Shown here in pieces: positions 18,544 to 29,000 of a DNA stretch of 64,000 nt (position 1 is its first letter; every line of letters starts with the position of its first letter). Under the pieces are notes generated by a model. The model was not told the origin of the DNA and did no database searches. It worked only from the letters and a program-made list of their open reading frames with translations. This stretch comes from a virus. Location of the stretch: the IMG/VR virus record IMGVR_UViG_3300017917_000715, positions 7,169 to 71,168 of that record; one strand, given 5' to 3'. The translations under genes were made by a program, and so were the position numbers.

Positions 18544-19246
18544 TCTTATAGGTATTATATGCTGACGGCGCGGTATAATCACTAATTTCTATATAGCCAA
18601 TCTTACCTTGAAATCTGCCAGTATTTCCTGAATTAGTAGGGTCACTTAGACCAATAATAAAGTATTCACTTGTAGTTCCTGGCCCTGTTCGTGTAGTATA
18701 ATTTTGAATGCCAATAGATGTGTCATTAAGAGCAAGATACTTGCCTCCATTCCAATCTGTTGCGAAATAAATGTGATTCCATGCATTCAAATTTACTGTG
18801 TTGCTGGATGTATTATATGGTGCGTTATAAAACCTTGCCAGCACATAGCCCAAACTGTCAATCTCTAACATAGAGTAATGATAACTGTTAAAGTCTTGTT
18901 GATTACATTCGCTTATTATTTGAATACCGTAAGCAGTTGGATAGAACCATATGTTAATAGCCATAGCGGTCCCGTTGGCCCAAGCACCGCCAAATCCAAG
19001 ATTAGGGCTAAGGTAATATTCGAGACCTGTAAATTCTAATACACTTCCTATAGTAGTATCTGGAAATGTATAATTTGAATTCACAGTTGCTGAAGTAGTG
19101 CCAACACTTTGTAGGCCGCCAAATGCTACCCAGTTTGGTGGATTGACATAATATCCAAACGTGTGTTCCGTGGAAGGTGGAGGAGGTGGAGGTCCACCTC
19201 CGCCTGTTGAACCTGCTGTTGCTATGATTGTTTGTAGTACGCCCAT
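18524..19246 (-). CDS. LamG/ConA-like lectin-domain adhesin (candidate fibre-tip protein)
   Basis: Short hydrophobic N-terminus and GGGGPPPPP linker, then INIWFYP...LNAWNHIY...FQGKIG LamG pattern. Confidence 0.72.
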   Translation of the reverse strand: MGVLQTIIATAGSTGGGGPPPPPPSTEHTFGYYVNPPNWVAFGGLQSVGTTSATVNSNYTFPDTTIGSVLEFTGLEYYLSPNLGFGGAWANGTAMAINIWFYPTAYGIQIISECNQQDFNSYHYSMLEIDSLGYVLARFYNAPYNTSSNTVNLNAWNHIYFATDWNGGKYLALNDTSIGIQNYTTRTGPGTTSEYFIIGLSDPTNSGNTGRFQGKIGYIEISDYTAPSAYNTYKTKFGLP

Positions 19247-19255
19247 TGCTGATCC

Positions 19256-22200
19256 TTAGTCTGTATTATCACAGTTGCCAGTTAGCAACCATTCGTCACG
19301 TCCTACTTTCATCAGTGTAGCAGTACCACGACCTTTTAGTCCCCATGAATAACTAAAACCTCCGTTGTAACCTGCTAGATAAATCCTAGGTTGTGTGTCA
19401 TATCCATCAAACTGAACTTCAGAGTCGTTATCTGATACAGAGTTGATATACATATAAACACCGTTGCTGTCATAATCCCACATGTTGATGAGAGTAATTA
19501 CAGTTCCTATTGGGAAGTTAACTTGGCTTTCTGGTGGAACATACACAGTAACGTTACTGTCATAACTAGGCATTGTTCTAATAAACTTGCCAGCGTCTTC
19601 TAGTCGTAGTGTATATTCATTGCCGTTGTTGCCAAAGTCAGCACTTACTGGAGGAACATACGCTGGATTATGACGTAGGTCTAGTGTATTGTCGTTGAAG
19701 GAAATGCCCTTAGTATCCAACGATGAGAACTGCATGGCAAACTTAGGAAATATAGTATCTGATGATTCGCCACCGTTATAGACAATGTCACCGTCAAGCC
19801 ACTTGTCTTCGGTTCTGTTTGCCAAGGACCAAAGGTCATCAGTTTGACGATAGTATGCTAATTCGTCTCCACCGTACTTACTATAGATGAACCAGTGATT
19901 GTCAAACTTTGTAAAGTCTCTGTCATTGTAGTCAACACCTACGCCTGGAGGATTATCTAATGGTAGTTTGATAATAGCACCATTGCGATAGTTGTCGTCT
20001 GCTCCAAAGTACCCGTAGGTAGTGATAAACACACCTTCGCTGTTGACGTCCATTATCTTGCCATCCCAATCATCTCTGTTGACATTGGTAGTAGTAGAGT
20101 GGATGTGTCTTGCCCATACAACGCTGAAGTTTGAAGGGTTGATCTTTTCTACACGTAGTTCAGGACCTTCCCAGTTAGAGTAGATAAAGCCAGCGACGTA
20201 CAGATAACCGTCATAGTATTTGACACAACTAGCACCGCTGCCATAACAGTTGTTCAATGATGTCTGTAGTGTGATAGCACCTGCTGACGTGATCTTAAAC
20301 AAACGTAGCACATCGTCAACAGCAAAAATATTAGATCCTGATGAAGTTATTGATTGGAATACTGTGGCATAACCGTCGTCTATAGTCTTGTTCCACAATA
20401 CTTCACCATTTGTATTGACCTTAGTAAGTGCGGCATATTGATTTGGTTCAACATCACCTTGATATACTTCACCTCCTAGATAGTAGGCATTGTCTGTAGC
20501 GTTCCATAGGCCAGTTACATATCTACCATTGCCTCTGTTAGACAGTAGTTTCATCCAGCCATCAGATTCGTTAAAGATAAATGCTTCTTGACCTAGTGTT
20601 TTAGTTAAAACATAAGTGTAGCCTGTTGTAGCATGATTTTCTGTGTCGCCGAATTCCGCGGCAAAGTTAAATCTAATATAGGTTGTGTCTGGTGTTCCAG
20701 TGCTATTTTGGAAACTGCTAAACTGATCTGGAGATACTGAACCACCCGAAGTGAAGATAAGTGTACATGTTAGGTCATTACCTGGAGCAGTAAATGTATA
20801 AGAATCAGCAAGAGTGATACCGCTTAGGCTACCGCTGACAGTTACTTCAATAATGCCGCCATTTTCTACCACGTTGTTTACAGTTGCGTTGGTCAATACT
20901 CCGCCGTTAATAGTCCAAGTTCTACCATCTGTTATAGCTGCCAACAATGTTGGATTAGCGGGCGCCGGGAAATCTAAACGAAAGAGTTCAATGTCATAAC
21001 CGTTGATAGTAGCACCTTGTATTAGACCATTGTCAAGACCGCCTAACTGTGAACCTTTGACAGTGAGTATGTCGCCATCAGCCCAACCAGTTCCTAAACT
21101 GCCCCAACGTCTGATCTTATATGAGTTGTTATTATAATCAACAAACACATCAATGTGTATGTCTGCGCCACTGTTGTTTGTGGTCCAAGTAACATCGGTG
21201 AACAGTCCAAGATTATTTGCGGTAAGTTCATGTGAACTGCCATTGTAATCTAAATACCAGTTGTACCCATAATTACTAACTATGTTTGCTTTTGGATATT
21301 CTGTTCCGTAAGGTGTAATGTCTTCCTTGGCAATGTTTACAATACCAACATTAGAACCTCCCACTGCTGGTCCACTGTATGCTGTGATGTTTTCACTATT
21401 AGATTGACCTAGGGCAATTAAGTTTCCATTCTTGGTAAACATGAATTTTGTCGAAACATCGCCATCTTGCTGATCATCACGTAGGTTCAACTTGTCACTG
21501 TCGCCTAGTATGTACCAGAAATTGTGTTTGCCTGCGTTTGCTGGCTCGTTAAAGAACTTGTAAATTCTTGTGCTGTAAACATTAGCACCGTCCCATCCCC
21601 ATGCGCCTTCTACAGCAACCAGTAGTCGGTTGTTGTCGCTGTCCCATGTGATAGCAGTAACAGCAGAATCATTACCACTTGCCGCCATCCAGCGCCATAG
21701 TTCTCGACCATTTTTATCAAACTGGAATAGTACAGCGTTGTCATCATTGCGCCAACGTCCGCCTACCATAACGGTTCCATTAGGCAAGGCGCAGGTTACA
21801 CGAGTTTGTATAGCATTTGTTATGTCACCATCTGTTCCAGCATCATTATAACCATCACCGATAATAGTTGCCCATGAACGATTGAATGTGTCATTTAGTG
21901 GAACATAAGCAGTATCCTGCTCTGTAGCATCTGGGAACTGTAGTGTACCGTCTGGCTTAAACTGCCAATTTTTGCTGCCGGCATTAAATTCAACTTTACC
22001 TGTTGTAACTGAGCCAGCACCTGCTTGTATACGAACATCGCCTCCTTGGCCACCACTGCTGTAGCCGCCATCAATGTGTACATGTCCTCCATTATTAAAA
22101 CCTCTACCGCCTTCAATGTTTACATAACCGCCATAGCCGTTTGATCCGCTATCGGCATCTCCTGCGTAGATTTTAATATCGCCACCGTCTGTTTGAGCAT

Positions 22201-24976
22201 CACCTGCCCATAAGTAAACGTCACCGCCTTCGCCTGTGCCTCCATTTTGTCCTTGGATGATTAATCGCTGTGCGTTGTCGCCTTCTGCCGGTGTTGGTCC
22301 TGTAATGATAGCCTGTTGATTTGTGTCTCCAAACTGTAGTACTTGACCTGATTGATTACCACCATTGTGTAGATTTACTGTCAGTGTTGGAAATATTATG
22401 TTACCGTATGGGTCAAACTGCCAATCATGTGTAGTAGACGTATCAGTGTCAAATGTACGAATCTTAACATAGTTGCCGTGATTAACATCAACGTGTGAAT
22501 TGTCTGTACCTAGAATTAAATCACCACCTTCACCTGCTGCCACGTGGATGTGTGGAGCATCGTTGTTGTTTGTTGGATAGATTTCTAAATACTGTCCAGC
22601 ACCTTTTAGCGTTGGACTAGGTACTAGATTGATACTGCCAAGAGCGTTGTTAGTTGTAGCACCTTGTATGTCTACACCGTTGAAAGTAATATCACCAGTT
22701 GATGCAGATCCTAGTCTATATATTGTAGGTACTAGGAAATTAGTACTGTCAGTGTCTGGACTAAAATCAGTTACTGTGATACTACTGCCAATATCGCTGT
22801 CTGTTTTGAGAGCATCAGTTACAGTGAGATCACTAGCATCAGTATTCAAGAAGCCACTAAATGATGCCTGTTTGTAGTCCCAGTTGTCAACAGCAAACAA
22901 TGTACCTGCTGTGTCAAGTTGTGCCATCATAGCAAAAGCACCCGTGCCCGGATCACCAAATCCGCCGCCAACGACTACATATCCGTCTTTGACTGCGATA
23001 TTGCTACCACTGCCAGTATTGTTAAAGAATGAGCCGGCAAAACTCCAAGTGGTAACATTGTCTAGTAGACGTTGCCAAGCCACTTGTCCGTTTTGTTGAT
23101 ACTTGGCTACAACACAGGCAAAGTCGCTGGTAGCCGCAGTACCAGCCATTCCTGTTAGATACAGATAATCATCTGGACCTACTACTACACTAGTACTCCA
23201 AGTATCGCAATCGCCTACTACACGACGACTCCATTGTGCTACACCAGTTGAGTCAAATTTAACTAGATTCATTGCCGCGTTGGTACCGCCCTGACCGTTG
23301 TCTCGACGATATTGACCAACTACATAAATGTTACCTGCGCTGTCTATATCAGCATCTGCTCCGTAACAGTCATAAGTTGAATCAAACAATACTGCTTTTT
23401 GCCAAGCGATAGTTCCATTGTTGCTGTACTTGGCTACTAATATACGGTCTTCTGTGTCACCAGATTCGCCTAGTTGACTCATGTAACCAATGACTACCAC
23501 TTCACCACTGGATCCAATAGCCATACCGTAGGCTTCATCGTAGCCCTGTCCGTCTAGGCCTCGAGCCCAAATTACAGATCCATTCTCGCCTGATATCTTA
23601 ACAACAGTTACTTGATTTTCTACACCATTATTAGCATATCCGACAAAGACAGCATCACCGTCAAAAGCATCAATAACACCATTGGTGCTGGCATAGCCAA
23701 AGTCATAGACCTTGCTCCAATTGATAGAGCCATCGGCTAGATTAAACTGTGTTACCGTTGTTCTATCATAGCCCATAGGGTCAGTTGTTCTTGCGGTAAC
23801 ATAAATTACTCCAGTAACATAACTAGTTGAATCTACTGCTACACCCCAACCGTCTGTGCTTCCGCTGCCGTCGTATCTAACTTGCCATAACTTTGTACCT
23901 GTGCTGGTAAACTTGGCCAACGCGGTATAGTTGTCACCGCCCTGTGGAGGATAGACTACAAATAAAGCAATAATATTACCGTCAGCATCGTATTCAACGC
24001 TGTTGACACTTCCTGGTCTGTCTGTTTCTGGAGTATCTGTTAAAAATGTCTGTATCCAGATGTTTTGATCTGAAGTGGTGCCGCCACCTAATACTGAATC
24101 ACCGTTGCTGTCAAGGATGTCTCCACCTGCTGGGAGAGTTAAATTTCCGCTAGAATCAAACAGCCAACGCTTGCTGTCTTCCCCAGCATATAAACTAACG
24201 CTGTCACCACCGCTTAGACGCAGAGTGTTATTATCAAATCCTGAGTCTTGGTCTATGTAACCATAATTTGTCCAGATAGCACCGCCGTTTGGAAGAGTTA
24301 GATTACCGTTGCCGCTAAAGTCCCAGTTTTTACCGTTAGCTCTCAGTTGTATGTTGTTCTGTGTTTTTATTGCAACATCAAGAGCAGTACCGCCATCAAT
24401 CTCTAGACTGCCGTTATTGTGATCTAATAAGACCTTGCCAATTTCATTATAGATGAATTTGATCGACGTGACAGTATCTGGACTTTCAACTGGAGGATTT
24501 TCAACGTTAAATTGTACATAACCTGGGCCAGTATTGGCTCCGTAGTATGCTCCAGCATTCTGACCATTTACTTCTATGGTAATGTTATCGCAGTAGACCA
24601 GTGTATTGTGTAGGAAATCTAAAAGATTCTGGCTGGTAAAGTCTACTCGTCCACCACCACCGTTGACAATCCACTGTGCTGTACCAGTCCACGCATCATC
24701 ATAAAATGTTCTATCGTTGGTATAGGCTGTTTGTAATGTAGCAATAGGATATCCGTCGCCTGGATCAAACGTTAGACTAGCTCTTATATTATCGCTATCA
24801 TCCTGAGCATACAAACGCACAACTTCATTGCTGGGTCCATAGATATCAGTATTGTCAAAGTTGATTTGACCAGTGTTGGCATTGCCACCTAATACTGAAT
24901 CACCGTTGCTGTCAACAATGTCGTCGCCAGCTTGTAATCTAATACCGTCTTGTGTTTCAAATTTTTTAATTGCCAT
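19256..24976 (-). CDS. 1906-aa modular tail fibre/receptor-binding protein with beta-propeller and Gly-rich segments
   Basis: Repeated KY/KF..G...W propeller blades, GGDVxI..G repeats, WxFxxxGxLxxP junction motifs and a C-terminal FPIGTVITL...ATLMKVG..EWLL domain. Confidence 0.75.
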   Translation of the reverse strand: MAIKKFETQDGIRLQAGDDIVDSNGDSVLGGNANTGQINFDNTDIYGPSNEVVRLYAQDDSDNIRASLTFDPGDGYPIATLQTAYTNDRTFYDDAWTGTAQWIVNGGGGRVDFTSQNLLDFLHNTLVYCDNITIEVNGQNAGAYYGANTGPGYVQFNVENPPVESPDTVTSIKFIYNEIGKVLLDHNNGSLEIDGGTALDVAIKTQNNIQLRANGKNWDFSGNGNLTLPNGGAIWTNYGYIDQDSGFDNNTLRLSGGDSVSLYAGEDSKRWLFDSSGNLTLPAGGDILDSNGDSVLGGGTTSDQNIWIQTFLTDTPETDRPGSVNSVEYDADGNIIALFVVYPPQGGDNYTALAKFTSTGTKLWQVRYDGSGSTDGWGVAVDSTSYVTGVIYVTARTTDPMGYDRTTVTQFNLADGSINWSKVYDFGYASTNGVIDAFDGDAVFVGYANNGVENQVTVVKISGENGSVIWARGLDGQGYDEAYGMAIGSSGEVVVIGYMSQLGESGDTEDRILVAKYSNNGTIAWQKAVLFDSTYDCYGADADIDSAGNIYVVGQYRRDNGQGGTNAAMNLVKFDSTGVAQWSRRVVGDCDTWSTSVVVGPDDYLYLTGMAGTAATSDFACVVAKYQQNGQVAWQRLLDNVTTWSFAGSFFNNTGSGSNIAVKDGYVVVGGGFGDPGTGAFAMMAQLDTAGTLFAVDNWDYKQASFSGFLNTDASDLTVTDALKTDSDIGSSITVTDFSPDTDSTNFLVPTIYRLGSASTGDITFNGVDIQGATTNNALGSINLVPSPTLKGAGQYLEIYPTNNNDAPHIHVAAGEGGDLILGTDNSHVDVNHGNYVKIRTFDTDTSTTHDWQFDPYGNIIFPTLTVNLHNGGNQSGQVLQFGDTNQQAIITGPTPAEGDNAQRLIIQGQNGGTGEGGDVYLWAGDAQTDGGDIKIYAGDADSGSNGYGGYVNIEGGRGFNNGGHVHIDGGYSSGGQGGDVRIQAGAGSVTTGKVEFNAGSKNWQFKPDGTLQFPDATEQDTAYVPLNDTFNRSWATIIGDGYNDAGTDGDITNAIQTRVTCALPNGTVMVGGRWRNDDNAVLFQFDKNGRELWRWMAASGNDSAVTAITWDSDNNRLLVAVEGAWGWDGANVYSTRIYKFFNEPANAGKHNFWYILGDSDKLNLRDDQQDGDVSTKFMFTKNGNLIALGQSNSENITAYSGPAVGGSNVGIVNIAKEDITPYGTEYPKANIVSNYGYNWYLDYNGSSHELTANNLGLFTDVTWTTNNSGADIHIDVFVDYNNNSYKIRRWGSLGTGWADGDILTVKGSQLGGLDNGLIQGATINGYDIELFRLDFPAPANPTLLAAITDGRTWTINGGVLTNATVNNVVENGGIIEVTVSGSLSGITLADSYTFTAPGNDLTCTLIFTSGGSVSPDQFSSFQNSTGTPDTTYIRFNFAAEFGDTENHATTGYTYVLTKTLGQEAFIFNESDGWMKLLSNRGNGRYVTGLWNATDNAYYLGGEVYQGDVEPNQYAALTKVNTNGEVLWNKTIDDGYATVFQSITSSGSNIFAVDDVLRLFKITSAGAITLQTSLNNCYGSGASCVKYYDGYLYVAGFIYSNWEGPELRVEKINPSNFSVVWARHIHSTTTNVNRDDWDGKIMDVNSEGVFITTYGYFGADDNYRNGAIIKLPLDNPPGVGVDYNDRDFTKFDNHWFIYSKYGGDELAYYRQTDDLWSLANRTEDKWLDGDIVYNGGESSDTIFPKFAMQFSSLDTKGISFNDNTLDLRHNPAYVPPVSADFGNNGNEYTLRLEDAGKFIRTMPSYDSNVTVYVPPESQVNFPIGTVITLINMWDYDSNGVYMYINSVSDNDSEVQFDGYDTQPRIYLAGYNGGFSYSWGLKGRGTATLMKVGRDEWLLTGNCDNTD
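24083..24915. repeat. perfect 32-bp direct repeat (24083-24114 and 24884-24915), 801 bp apart and in frame
   Basis: gccacctaatactgaatcaccgttgctgtcaa occurs at both positions and encodes DSNGDSVLGG on the minus strand. Confidence 0.92.
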
Positions 24977-24991
24977 TTTTTTCGCTTCCTA

Positions 24992-26017
24992 TTATGGTTG
25001 TGTTCCGTACATTTCGGTAACTTGTGTTCTTATTGATATATTATCTGACCCGGTTGGTGATGCTTTAATCTGGTAACTTTGTGTTTCTAAATCATAATCA
25101 CTCGTAATTGTAAATAAAGGTGATCCGCCCGTGTAAACAAGACCATATGTTGTTGTATAAATTACATTAGCATTTTGATCAATTGTGCTAACTATTTCAC
25201 ATGCTTGAGATTCATATCCGTTAATTATTTTTTCTGCAAAAACAAATATTTTAATTGCTCTTACATAAAGATTGTTTGTAGTATAAATTACAGTATTTGC
25301 TGATGCATCAGCAAACAATTCTGAACTAAATGCTGATCCAGAGGTTGGTAAAAATAATCGTCCAGTTGAATTAAGAGATACAACATGTCCATTATTTGTT
25401 AATTGTGCAACACTTCCTACTTGCAAATCTGCATCTAATACACCGTTTGTAATTGTAAGACGTTGTCCTATTTTTATGCCACCTAGCACCGTATCTGATG
25501 CTGTTGGCAATGTATACTGAGTAATGGTTGACGATAAAATACCGTTACCGCTTATAGATAAACCTGTACCAACTCGAATTCCGCCAAGGGTGTTGCTTGT
25601 TGCAGCTGGTAATGTGTATGCTCCTGGATCTGCACTTAACACCCCGTCAGGAGTAATACTTAATCTTGCACCAACTTTTATACCACCTAATATATTGCCA
25701 TCTGCAACAGGCAATGTATATATTGGTGCTGACAACACCCCGTCGTTAATATTTAAACCATTGCCAATTTGAACAACGCCTGCTTCGTTAGCAGTCGCAG
25801 TTTTTGCTGTAATTAATACTTCGCCAGTTTTGCTACTAACAATAATACCATTTCCTGCTAGTAAACCAGAAACAATTGATAAAGGTGCACCGTTTTCACC
25901 ACCTAAGGCATTGTATAGTTCAGTAAAATTACTATTAATTTTCTGTCCACCGACACGCAAAATATCGCCAGTGCCGTCGTTTAATGCGTTTCCTAAGTTA
26001 ATGAGTTGCTTCGCCAT
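24992..26017 (-). CDS. baseplate wedge/tail fibre connector-like protein (gp9/gp10-type N-terminus)
   Basis: MAKQLINLG..NDGTGDILR.GGQKINSNFTELY N-terminus; four ~31-aa repeats of (YTLP.A)....LGGIK(V/I)G..L.I..G(V/I)L. Confidence 0.72.
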   Translation of the reverse strand: MAKQLINLGNALNDGTGDILRVGGQKINSNFTELYNALGGENGAPLSIVSGLLAGNGIIVSSKTGEVLITAKTATANEAGVVQIGNGLNINDGVLSAPIYTLPVADGNILGGIKVGARLSITPDGVLSADPGAYTLPAATSNTLGGIRVGTGLSISGNGILSSTITQYTLPTASDTVLGGIKIGQRLTITNGVLDADLQVGSVAQLTNNGHVVSLNSTGRLFLPTSGSAFSSELFADASANTVIYTTNNLYVRAIKIFVFAEKIINGYESQACEIVSTIDQNANVIYTTTYGLVYTGGSPLFTITSDYDLETQSYQIKASPTGSDNISIRTQVTEMYGTQP

Positions 26018-26020
26018 GCT

Positions 26021-29000
26021 TTATCCTTGATCAAATGTTGATGTATCGCCGTCAAATGTGCCGTTACTATCAAACGATGATGCAGTTCCTATTGTGATAT
26101 CATATTTACCAATATCTGTATACCATACACCTGGAGCAGCTTTAATGAACCTTGCAATTTTGCCGTCATCATCAAGGATATTTGTTTTAGAATCCCAGCT
26201 AGTTCCTTGTCGTTTTACTACAGTAACTCTTGTTCCAAAAGTTAAAGTATTAGTTAATTCAAGCTGGGTGCTTAAATTATCAACTGTAAAATCTGCAGGG
26301 AAAGTTACATCGCCTTCGGTACTTTCGGGATGAATATTAACATTATGTACTTTGTAAGAATCTTTCTTGAGGCGAATATTTCCTACAAAAAATACCCAGT
26401 TATTAGAATCAGTTGTAAAACTTGTTGAGCTTGTATGATTAGATACACACTTATATGTGTAAGACCCAACTTCTACTACATCATTTACTTTGTAATCTAC
26501 GTTTGGCGACCATGCTGCTGAAGCGTAACCTCCAACAAATGCTTCTACTGCACTCTTAGCTAAATCTACGGTTTCAGTTTGAGTCATCTGACGGCCTTGA
26601 TATTCCCAATCAGTAGTAAATCCGCCTGGAACAAACGATAATGATACAACATTTGTACCATCAGATTTAACTTGTTCAGTAGTATTACTTTCAACATATG
26701 GAATAGTTTCTGAAGCGCCAATATCTTGAACATAACTTCCTATTCTATGTATGCCTGGAACCCCGGTACCTAATGTACCGCGTCTTAACTGGCTTAAGAG
26801 GTAAGTTGTTATACCGTCTGTAACCTTTGGTTCAAGTTTAAAGTACTCAATGCGTTCTCCTCGTATTTCAATAATACCAGGTTTGTTGTTTGGTATACTT
26901 GGAATGTCAAAATTACTTGCATCTTCAACTTCTATGCTGATATCAGTATATTTTAACGGTCTAACTAATCTAGTTTTCTTATTTGCGTTTAAACGTTTAA
27001 AGTGTGTTCTGTTTAACATATCTTTAAACTGCATATAAGAAATATTTGCCCCAACAACATTACTACTGAATGTTATTAATGTAAATTGATCAGCTGCATC
27101 TGGGTAGAATGCTAATTTAATACTCTTTTTATCTTCATTTAACTTAAAGTCTGCAGAAGGTGTTAGTAAAGATCCGTTCTTAATTACCCAAATGTAGTTG
27201 TCGTCCAATACTGTGCGATCAAGTTGAATTATGCCGCCAGACACACCTTTATAATAATAGTATTCTGCTGAGTTTGGTACTAAGTTAGATTGTGTAGTAA
27301 CGTTAATAACTGTACGTTGCAAATCAAGAACATCGTGTCTGTAAGAGCTTACAACTTCAATAATATTTGAGCTGTCATATGGTGTTGCAAATACAATCTG
27401 AGGACTTGTTGTTGAAGTAGCTGGGACATAAACATATCCTAAGTCTTGTCTAACACTAACAACGAGAGATTTATTTTGATATTTCTTACGAGTGTTTGTG
27501 TTTATCTTAACTGTAATACCGCTGAGATCAACAATATAATCTGTTCCGACAGTTAACAAATCACCATCTGCAATTACAACAATATCAGTTACTGACACAC
27601 TATACGGAAGATACTTTGTTGCATCAAGTGTGTAGTTTAACTTTGTTCCTGTAATTGTAAAATAACTGTTAGTTGGGCCATTTAAAATAGTATTACCAAC
27701 TCGAACAATCATGTTTGACTCAATTGGTAAACTATCTCCTATTTGATAGGATAGGTCATAAGTAGTTCCACCGTTGCCTACAATTCTTTCTGTATTAGTA
27801 ATTGCATAAGTTTGTGCAGTTCCCTTTACAATGATATATGTAATTAAAGCGCCATTTGATGGCGGAACACTAAATTTCAAACCTGTTCTGTTTGCACTAT
27901 CGTAAGATGAATCTGTTTCAAATACTGCAGGTGTGCCTGGCTCTGCTGGCAATCCATCAACAGTAACATAATAGTTGATACTAGATAACCAAGGAGCCTT
28001 TGTTATAAATTCTGTTGTTGATCCGTCTCCAATGAAGTAATCAAAGTCAAGAATGTCTGTACCGTTTGCGCCAAAACTGAATATTGAAATCATTTTTCCT
28101 TCAGTTGGTGCTGTATTAAAAATAACTTTTCTATTTCTGTAATCAACAGAATAATCATCATTTAGAGTAGCAATAGTTGAAATTGAACCTAATTGTCCAG
28201 TTATTAGATCTTTTTGCCCTTCAGTAAATTTAACGATTACCGCTGTGCGACTATTTGGTTGTTGGGTTATATCGAATTCTTGTTGGACCCCGTCGGCAAT
28301 ATAACTGTCAACTTTAATATTAGCAGATCCCGATCCAACTCTATCATACACTTTAATTGCCACTGCATCGACTACTTGTCCTGGAACTACTTCTTCTGGT
28401 GCTGGGCTAGAAATAGGTGTTACAAATCCGTCACCATCTACTAAAATATCGTCTGCAGATAAACCTGTAGCAGTTGAATATGCCATATTACCGCCAGACA
28501 ATGCCGTATCGTAGTCAGTATCTTGCGGAGTTATACTTCCATCACTAGTGCTCTTACGCCAAATAAACTGATCGCCTTGTGCTACTACAAATGATCCAGG
28601 AATGCTAAATGTTTTTGTTGTTGGGTTTATTAAATTATCAGGTACTCCGTCTGATATAATTGTTTGCATTATTGCTGTGTCAGGATTTGCGATTGGTGGC
28701 AATCCAGTTAAAGCATTATCTGCAGCCAACACTTCTGCTTCTTTTGTAGTAACTTCTAATTGTTTTGCATCAATTTCATCATTTTTATCTGCTAAGTCAG
28801 CTGTTGTGCTATCTATATTAGATTGTATTGCAGGATTAGCTGTATTAACTAGATAATTAATTTGACTCACTGTTGGCAAATATTCAGGATCTCCCGGTTG
28901 AAGTTGGGAAAGAATAATATTCAAAGTATTAAGTTCTAATTGATTATCATATAAATCAGCATTCAACTGTGCTAATGTATCTTCAATCACTGCTTTTTCG

